Below, in pieces: positions 8,113-13,896 of a stretch of 28,851 bases of DNA. How positions within the stretch are numbered: position 1 is the first letter of the stretch; every line of letters starts with the position of its first letter. This DNA comes from a virus. Taxonomy: Duplodnaviria > Caudoviricetes. The position numbers and the translations under genes were made by a program. The DNA is taken from positions 1 through 28,851 of the IMG/VR virus record IMGVR_UViG_3300027804_000176; one strand, given 5' to 3'. The notes beneath the pieces are model-generated. The model saw only the letters and a program-made list of their open reading frames with translations, was not told the DNA's origin and searched no databases.

Positions 8113-8511
8113 TTATTTAGCCCTAAAACACGCCTGCACGATCGAGCGTGGTAAACCTGCCTCGGTGTTGCCGTTGTCGTGGTAGACGCCGTCAATCAGC
8201 GCCACGGCGTGTCCGCTCTTGATCACGATAAAGTTACCCTTGGGGTTGTGCTTGGCAAACGTTGCCAGTGTGCACCGGTTGCCCCGACTGTATCGCTCGA
8301 GCTTGGCGTCTTTGTTGGCGCTGAGTATTTGGATTGCCTTGTCGGTTTGGGCGCGCATCATGCCACGGCGTGGCTTGCGCCCTGCCTTGGCACATACCTC
8401 GTGCACCTCGGGATAGGCGCGGTTGAATGCGAGCGATAGCGCCCGAACTACGCAGTCTCGGGACTCTGCCTCGATTGTGCGTGGGTTGTTGCAGATGTAT
8501 TGAAAGTTCAT
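8113..8511 (-). CDS. Early protein with DCVVRA...GHAVA..DG Cys/His motif (possible peptidase-like fold)
   Basis: ORF track; AGGAG SD directly downstream of hammerhead 1. Confidence 0.7.
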   Translation of the reverse strand: MNFQYICNNPRTIEAESRDCVVRALSLAFNRAYPEVHEVCAKAGRKPRRGMMRAQTDKAIQILSANKDAKLERYSRGNRCTLATFAKHNPKGNFIVIKSGHAVALIDGVYHDNGNTEAGLPRSIVQACFRAK

Positions 8512-8534
8512 AGGCTCTCCTGTGTTGTGTGTGT

Positions 8535-8590
8535 GGTCTCATCAGTGCACGCCTAACGTGCAGACCATGGATTGTACCATGGTTTCGACC
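8535..8590 (-). ncRNA. Hammerhead ribozyme, type II (copy 1)
   Basis: Minus strand: GGUC-GAAA-CCAUGG(UACAAU)CCAUGG-UC^-UGCACG(UUAGG)CGUGCA-CUGAUGA-GACC. Complete core and all three stems; predicted cut between 8563 and 8562. Confidence 0.93.
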
Positions 8591-8592
8591 TG

Positions 8593-9012
8593 TTACTCGT
8601 CCGAAAATAAAACTTCTAATTTTGCGTCAATCATTTCAATCATCTTTTGCTTAAGATCGGCGAGGTATCTGACGCGATATGGTGTAGGGTCATCGTAGCC
8701 ACCATCAGCACCATTTAGGTATTGCCCAAGGCAAAAGTCTCGTAAATATGCCAATCTGTCCGCCTTGTACTTCTTTGCTACTTCAAAGGCAAATGCGTTG
8801 ATGTCATCTACTTCACTAGCTAGAAAGAGGTGCTCGTCTTGCCCGATGTAAATTTGATGCTTGGTCATCGTGCCGTTACTGGCATGGGAGGCAGTGCCTA
8901 CCTTTTTGCCCCAACTTTGAATGGTTAGCTTTTTGACCATCACCTTGCTGAACATTTCGTCCCATTGAACTATTGACCAAACTACGTCGCCTTTTTTGAA
9001 TTGCTTTGCCAT
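8593..9012 (-). CDS. Early hypothetical protein, flanked by hammerheads on both sides
   Basis: 139-aa ORF; AGGAG SD. Confidence 0.8.
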   Translation of the reverse strand: MAKQFKKGDVVWSIVQWDEMFSKVMVKKLTIQSWGKKVGTASHASNGTMTKHQIYIGQDEHLFLASEVDDINAFAFEVAKKYKADRLAYLRDFCLGQYLNGADGGYDDPTPYRVRYLADLKQKMIEMIDAKLEVLFSDE

Positions 9013-9033
9013 GGTGTAATCTCCTATTTAATT

Positions 9034-9086
9034 GGTCATCATCAGTCAGCGCCTAACGCTGAGACCGGATCGCTCCGGTTTCGACC
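9034..9086 (-). ncRNA. Hammerhead ribozyme, type II (copy 2)
   Basis: GGUC-GAAA-CCGGA(GCGA)UCCGG-UC^-UCAGCG(UUAGG)CGCUGA-CUGAUGA-U-GACC. One extra U after A9; predicted cut between 9063 and 9062. Confidence 0.9.
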
Positions 9087-9088
9087 TG

Positions 9089-9283
9089 TTAGCCCTCAAT
9101 TTTGATGGCTAGGATGCGCAACTGCTTGCGCTTTTCTTCGAGCTTGGCGATGTCGAGCTTGGCGAACTCAGAGTCCATGCCGTAGAGCTCTGAGAGCTCG
9201 GTGTTGATTTTGTACTCTTGATCCCAAATACCACGCATTAAAGTGTAGCGCTCGTCCCTGCTCAGTGTAATTGTAAAGTCCAT
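9089..9283 (-). CDS. Early hypothetical protein, flanked by hammerheads
   Basis: ORF track 9089..9310, start moved to ATG 9283 behind GGAGG. Confidence 0.7.
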   Translation of the reverse strand: MDFTITLSRDERYTLMRGIWDQEYKINTELSELYGMDSEFAKLDIAKLEEKRKQLRILAIKIEG

Positions 9284-9301
9284 AAAGCCTCCGTGTTGGT
9301 T

Positions 9302-9354
9302 GGTCATCATCAGTCAGCGCCTAACGCTGAGACCGGATCGCTCCGGTTTCGACC
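9302..9354 (-). ncRNA. Hammerhead ribozyme, type II (copy 3)
   Basis: Identical to copy 2 (9300-9356 = 9032-9088); predicted cut between 9331 and 9330. Confidence 0.9.
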
Positions 9355-9357
9355 TGA

Positions 9358-9552
9358 TTAAAAGGGAATGGCCATTGAGTGGCGATAAAACAAATCGCAG
9401 GCGTGGGCGCCTTGATTTGTAGCTAAGTACTGCGCATACTCTTCGGCGTTGGCCTGCTCTTCTTCGGCCAGTACAGCATCACTCTCGCCACCATAATGCC
9501 GGCAGGCTTGAGCGTAGGATTCGAATTGGTTGCCGTTGATGTCTTGGTACAT
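9358..9552 (-). CDS. First gene of the early operon, small acidic protein
   Basis: ORF track; AGGAGA SD. Confidence 0.75.
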   Translation of the reverse strand: MYQDINGNQFESYAQACRHYGGESDAVLAEEEQANAEEYAQYLATNQGAHACDLFYRHSMAIPF

Positions 9553-9729
9553 ATGATCTCCTATTGGTTAGTACTGCCTCGAGCGCCCTATTGCTAAGGC
9601 GCTCTGAGCATTACTATCTGTTAGCATACGCTGTGTTGGATAACAGCACCGGTTCTGCCGGCTCCCCCTTATAGATCGCGGTTGGGTTTGCGTTTGAGTG
9701 GATTAGCCACTGCACTTCCGATACCCTCT

Positions 9730-9759
9730 ATTGTACAGACCTTTTGGATTAAATGTAAA
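9730..9759 (-). promoter_or_regulatory. Host sigma70-type major early promoter
   Basis: TTTACA-N18-TACAAT; shares AAAAGGTCTG-TAyAAT with the promoter at 5470-5498. Confidence 0.7.
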
Positions 9760-9778
9760 TAGAATACCTGACTAAATT

Positions 9779-9803
9779 GTGGGGGATTGTGGGATACTGT
9801 GGG
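9779..9803 (+). promoter_or_regulatory. MraZ-box-like triple direct repeat
   Basis: GTGGG at 9779, 9789 and 9799, exact 10-bp period. Confidence 0.6.
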
Positions 9804-9997
9804 TTGGCAAATTGCCTAACATCTCGCCCACCCTAGCGCCCAGCCCTCGCGCCCGCAAAGCCTTTGTGGAGGCACCCCGAGTCCACCATGGCACGATCGC
9901 AGACCACTTAATACCTAACCATCAGAAAGTACGATCGTGGCGTGGCGCCCCTTTAAAACGCGTCCAATCCGTCAACTAGGGGAAACCCTAACAGCCA

Positions 9998-10159
9998 GCT
10001 AAGTTAGTTGGCACTTACTAACTTAGCACTCGGGCAATGAGAGTGCTGATAATGGGGACAGAGTCGGCGCTCGGCCATGTTAGTTAGTACTCACTAACAT
10101 ACTGGCTACTTGGCAGGGGGGCGCGGTGCCTCGATGTTAGTAAGCGCTCACTAACATCG
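9998..10159. repeat. Three palindromic operator-like sites AwGTTAGT-N8-ACTAACwT
   Basis: 10001-10024, 10077-10100, 10134-10157. Confidence 0.8.
10023..10049. promoter_or_regulatory. CIRCE element (HrcA operator)
   Basis: TTAGCACTC-GGGCAATGA-GAGTGCTGA, 17/18 match to TTAGCACTC-N9-GAGTGCTAA with the correct spacer. Confidence 0.8.
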
Positions 10160-10173
10160 GCGCGCTCGAGCTG

Positions 10174-10270
10174 TGCACCAATCTGGTGCACGTGCACCAA
10201 GGCGGTGAATTTGTGCACCATTTTGGTGCATGGGGGGCTTTTTCATGATGCGATGCACCAATTTGGGTCC
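10174..10270. promoter_or_regulatory. Cluster of NtrC-type boxes
   Basis: Perfect TGCACCA-N3-TGGTGCA at 10174-10190 and 10214-10230; imperfect at 10193-10209; half-site at 10254. Confidence 0.75.
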
Positions 10271-10362
10271 CGTGGCGGGGCGGCGGCCCGGGGGCCCCAC
10301 AGACCCCAAGCTCGTTCCATTCCCCACAAAAACCGACTTTCTAAAATTTTTTTTGTAAAATA

Positions 10363-10520
10363 TTTCACAATGTGAAACGGAATGCGCTAAGTCCTTGATG
10401 TTCGACGGGGATGCGGGGGTTGCGGGGGTTACTTTATTATTTTTATTATTTTTAAAAAATAAAAAATAAAGATAGAGGGAAACCTGGAATATACCCCCGC
10501 AAGTGCCGCAAGTGCCGCGC
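10363..10520. repeat. Origin-like element, copy 2 (core inverted relative to copy 1)
   Basis: 10363-10430 is nearly identical to 3383-3450; the 62-bp core 10431-10492 matches the reverse complement of 3451-3512. Confidence 0.8.
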
Positions 10521-10554
10521 TTCTGCGAGCAAAATTGATAGTTAAAAACTATTG

Positions 10555-10591
10555 GGGCTATAATAATCAAATGTTTGCATTAGTAGATGTA
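10555..10591 (+). promoter_or_regulatory. Phage late promoter (GGGC-N17-TGCATTAGT), leaderless
   Basis: Motif repeated at four gene-block starts; predicted +1 is the A of ATG 10591. Confidence 0.75.
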
Positions 10592-10932
10592 TGAACGAAT
10601 ATGTTTATCAGATCCAGGGTGCCCTAGAAGATTCCAATGGAAGACTTAGGGGGTTCCGTGTCTTAGTCTGTGATCTGAACTACTTTGACTCTGCCGACGC
10701 GCCAGTTGAAATATTGGACAAAGAGACGGCTAGGTACATCGAGTTTCGTTTAAAGGTCTGCGAGCACCTGGACATTAACCGGCTGCCCGTAGAAATCCAA
10801 AACAAAATTAGGACGCCGTTAGGGCGTTGGTTGGACCTGTGGGTCCTAGATAATTTTTATGGCCATACTAGCAAATCAAAAAGTCCTGACCCTGGACTAC
10901 TGGAAACCGGCAAACAAAATCCAGCCGGGTGA
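10591..10932 (+). CDS. Hypothetical protein, first gene of the late arm
   Basis: 113-aa ORF with no SD, directly behind the promoter motif. Confidence 0.7.
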   Translation: MNEYVYQIQGALEDSNGRLRGFRVLVCDLNYFDSADAPVEILDKETARYIEFRLKVCEHLDINRLPVEIQNKIRTPLGRWLDLWVLDNFYGHTSKSKSPDPGLLETGKQNPAG

Positions 10933-11851
10933 TTACCTGTTTGACCGGAACGGTAAGCCGGTGCGGGTAAAGTTGGTACAGGAATACTTCTCAGACGACT
11001 GCTACGAGGTCATGTTAAATGACTACCTGACAATCTCTGGCGACAAGCGCCTAGAATTTTTAGTGGAAAACTTTAAATATAGGGACAGAGTCATACAATA
11101 CAAGGGATACCACCCCTTTAGGCGGCCATTAAAGCCGATGAATGTGGAGATGTTGCTAGATAGCGACCTGAAAGACGAAACAAATTGTAAGATCTACTCG
11201 ATTCCTACCACAAAACCGATTGAGCTACCCCACCAGACACTACCAGTCCCGCCGTTTGTCTTTGGATTTTGGTTTATAAACCGCAAACCTAGCGGATTTT
11301 TTACGACAACCCCGTCGACACAGGAAGAAGTGGAGCGCCAGCTCAAAGATTTTGGGTATAAAATCAAAATTCGCAAGACAATACACAACGGCTGGCGCCA
11401 ATTTACCATATCGCCGACCATAGAGTCACAGTTGGCCCCCGGTATCCCAACAAAAATACCGGCAAACTACCTGCTGGCGGACAAAGAGCAGCGAATTGAG
11501 CTGCTGCGTGGCATATTATTTGCAAAACCGCGCCAATATTCGCCGCGTAGGGACCTGTTTAGGTTCTCTAGCACACATTACGGCACGGCCTTGGCAATTC
11601 AGGGCCTGGTTGAGTCGCTGGGTGGCAAAACTAACCTCGCGTTTACAGAAAAAAATAGTACCTACACACTAACCTTTAAAACTAGGTTGAAACTGGTACC
11701 TAATCAGGTATCTAAGCCGATAAAAATACACCAAGCGCGTAGGTATATTGAAAAAATTACAAAGATCCAGCCACAGACCTGTGTTCACATCGAGACAGAC
11801 GGGCCGGATAACAGCTATCTCGTAGGAGAGGGTTTTATTTCATGTCGTTAA
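10859..11851 (+). CDS. Free-standing degenerate intein-like protein (Hint plus inactive LAGLIDADG), no exteins
   Basis: Hint N-part (KVLT...IQPGDYLFDRNGKPVRV...CYEV); LAGLIDADG-like blocks (PPFVFGFW, IPANYLLADKEQRIELLRGI, LVESLGG); Hint C-part (RYIEKI...CVHIETD...SYLVGEGFISCR-stop). Confidence 0.8.
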   Translation: MAILANQKVLTLDYWKPANKIQPGDYLFDRNGKPVRVKLVQEYFSDDCYEVMLNDYLTISGDKRLEFLVENFKYRDRVIQYKGYHPFRRPLKPMNVEMLLDSDLKDETNCKIYSIPTTKPIELPHQTLPVPPFVFGFWFINRKPSGFFTTTPSTQEEVERQLKDFGYKIKIRKTIHNGWRQFTISPTIESQLAPGIPTKIPANYLLADKEQRIELLRGILFAKPRQYSPRRDLFRFSSTHYGTALAIQGLVESLGGKTNLAFTEKNSTYTLTFKTRLKLVPNQVSKPIKIHQARRYIEKITKIQPQTCVHIETDGPDNSYLVGEGFISCR

Positions 11852-13287
11852 CACCAAAACAGGAACTTGAATTAAAGAAGTTCGCACAAGCACGCACGCA
11901 CTGGCCTAAGGACCAGCTCGAGGCCGCCATTTGGCAGGTCAAGTGGCACCTACAGGCACTGCCGCACCAACGGGAGCCAGACGATGGCGAATATGACACG
12001 TTTCTTATGCTTGCCGGCCGAGGGTCGGGTAAGACGCACACTGCTAGCCACTGGATTGGTATCCGCGCTTGGGTTTATGACAACACCCGCTGGCTCGTCA
12101 CCGCTCCCACCTCAAACGATATACGTGCAACTTGTTTCGAGGGGGACTCTGGACTTCTCAATATCATTCCCCCGTCACTTATTCGAGACTACAACAAGTC
12201 CCTGTTTGAAATCACCCTTACAAATGGATCTCTTATACAGGGGATTCCGGCCTCAGAGCCCGAGCGCTACCGAGGTAAGCAATATCACGGCGCCTGGTTT
12301 GACGAGCTGTGTGCATTTGATTACATCGACGATGCCTACGATGGCGTACAGTTTACGCTCCGCTTACGGGACCCACGCATCCGTCGAGTGCAGCAGATTA
12401 TTACCACCACACCCAAGCCAAAAGAATTAATTGTAGACCTAAACGAGGGTAAAGTAGGCGGCGACGTGTACGTGTCAAACGCCTCGTCTTATGACAACAG
12501 AGCCAACCTCTCAGAGACGTTCTTCAAACAGCTTGAGACTTACGACGGCACTGACATTGGCCGCCAAGAGATCTATGGCGAGATCCTTGACCCGGAGCAG
12601 TCCGGCATCATCAAGCGCAAACAATTTAAGCTCTGGCCGGCCAATAAGCCTACCCCGACACTGGAGTATGTCATTGCGTCGTATGATCCGGCGACTTCTG
12701 AGAAGACAATGAACGACCCGACCGCCTGCACCATCTGGGGCGTGTTTGAGCAGCAAGACGCTGGCACGGCAATTATTTTATTGGACGCCTGGGACGAGCA
12801 CCTGTCCTACCCGGAGCTACGTAGGAAGGTAATCAACGACTTTAAAGAAGTTGTATACGGCGCCGATAATGACTTTGGCAAGGGCCGAAAGGCGGACCTG
12901 ATCCTGATGGAAGACAAGTCGGCGGGTATCTCGCTGATCCAAGAGCTCCAGGGCGCCGGCGTCCCGGTCCGTGGATACAACCCCGGCCGCGCCGATAAGG
13001 TACAACGATTAAACATTGTAGCACCCCTGGTGTCTAAGGGCAAGGTCTGGATACCAGAGGAACCACAACGCAAGGGAGAATATGCAGACTGGGCAAAACG
13101 TTTTCTGCGTCAAGTATGTTCATTTCCAGAGGCTGGCGGACACGACGACTACGTCGACTCACTCTCGCAAGCGCTGCGCGTTTTACGTGATTCTGGATGG
13201 ATCCAACTCGACCCGCTACCAGCTCGAGACTATAGTTACGTGGACGACGACATGAGCAAGCGATTTGTGAACCCGTACGCCCAGTAG
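11842..13287 (+). CDS. terL: Terminase large subunit
   Basis: Walker A AGRGSGKT, Walker B AWFDE, motif C TTTP; RNase H-like nuclease motifs DPA...D, EDKSAG, FP...HDDYVDSLSQAL. Confidence 0.95.
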   Translation: MSLTPKQELELKKFAQARTHWPKDQLEAAIWQVKWHLQALPHQREPDDGEYDTFLMLAGRGSGKTHTASHWIGIRAWVYDNTRWLVTAPTSNDIRATCFEGDSGLLNIIPPSLIRDYNKSLFEITLTNGSLIQGIPASEPERYRGKQYHGAWFDELCAFDYIDDAYDGVQFTLRLRDPRIRRVQQIITTTPKPKELIVDLNEGKVGGDVYVSNASSYDNRANLSETFFKQLETYDGTDIGRQEIYGEILDPEQSGIIKRKQFKLWPANKPTPTLEYVIASYDPATSEKTMNDPTACTIWGVFEQQDAGTAIILLDAWDEHLSYPELRRKVINDFKEVVYGADNDFGKGRKADLILMEDKSAGISLIQELQGAGVPVRGYNPGRADKVQRLNIVAPLVSKGKVWIPEEPQRKGEYADWAKRFLRQVCSFPEAGGHDDYVDSLSQALRVLRDSGWIQLDPLPARDYSYVDDDMSKRFVNPYAQ

Positions 13288-13323
13288 GGCGGATACCCTA
13301 AGTTTTGTGCATTAGTATAAATA
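13287..13323 (+). promoter_or_regulatory. Phage late promoter (GGGC-N17-TGCATTAGT)
   Basis: GGGC 13287-13290, TGCATTAGT 13308-13316, T/A at 13322/13323. Confidence 0.75.
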
Positions 13324-13344
13324 GGAATAACCACCCCGCCCAAC

Positions 13345-13896
13345 ATGAACTTTCTAAAGACCCCACAACAAATGCTACTGGAAGACTCCGGTTTAGGTCC
13401 GGCGTCCCCCGGCATGTTAAAGACGCCGCAACAGATGTTGTTTGAGCAGTCTGGCATACAGCCAAGGTTTTTGTCAAATGGTGGGTCTGCAAATCAAATG
13501 AGCCCCGAAATGTTGCGGGCACTAATGCAAGCATATGATTACCAAATGTCAAATCAAATGCCACAAGCTGAGCCAACCTTTCAAGCGCAACCGCAAACAG
13601 CCACAACCTGGATGCGTGATAAAATAGCAAGTTTGATTGGTGAAAAACCAGCCGATCGTTTATTTGGCACAGGCTCTGAAGGCCAACAAACAGAATATTT
13701 ACCGCTACAATTTTTAAACCCACTCTCGATGGCAACTTCTATCGTTGACGCAGGACCAGAAATGAAACGACAGTTGGAGCAAGGAGAAACTGGCGGTGCC
13801 GCCCTGACAGGTGGAATTGCTGGACTAAGTGTTCTTCCTTTTGCAAAGCCAATAAAAAAAGCGGCTAGCGCAATTTCAAAAAAGATTAAAAAATAA
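13345..13896 (+). CDS. Hypothetical protein with tandem LKTPQQML repeats, possible virion/internal protein
   Basis: 183-aa ORF, TAATG-coupled to the portal gene. Confidence 0.7.
   Translation: MNFLKTPQQMLLEDSGLGPASPGMLKTPQQMLFEQSGIQPRFLSNGGSANQMSPEMLRALMQAYDYQMSNQMPQAEPTFQAQPQTATTWMRDKIASLIGEKPADRLFGTGSEGQQTEYLPLQFLNPLSMATSIVDAGPEMKRQLEQGETGGAALTGGIAGLSVLPFAKPIKKAASAISKKIKK

Noticed and set aside
8535-9356. CRISPR array suggested by three spaced repeats
   Set aside because: The spacers are whole genes of 200-440 bp, the repeats fold as hammerheads, and there are no cas genes
9889-9904. Sigma54 promoter (TGGCACG)
   Set aside because: No TTGC -12 element at the required spacing
10246-10260. 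PhaR-like TGCnnTGCA site
   Set aside because: Single short degenerate match overlapping an NtrC half-site; not distinguishable from chance
10151-10570. 139-aa minus-strand ORF, and 9779..9979 on the plus strand
   Set aside because: They run through operator repeats and low-complexity A/T tracts with no SD; probably spurious
10859-13287. Active intein splitting the terminase
   Set aside because: The intein-like ORF has its own start and stop in a different frame, lacks the terminal His-Asn, and TerL is complete without it
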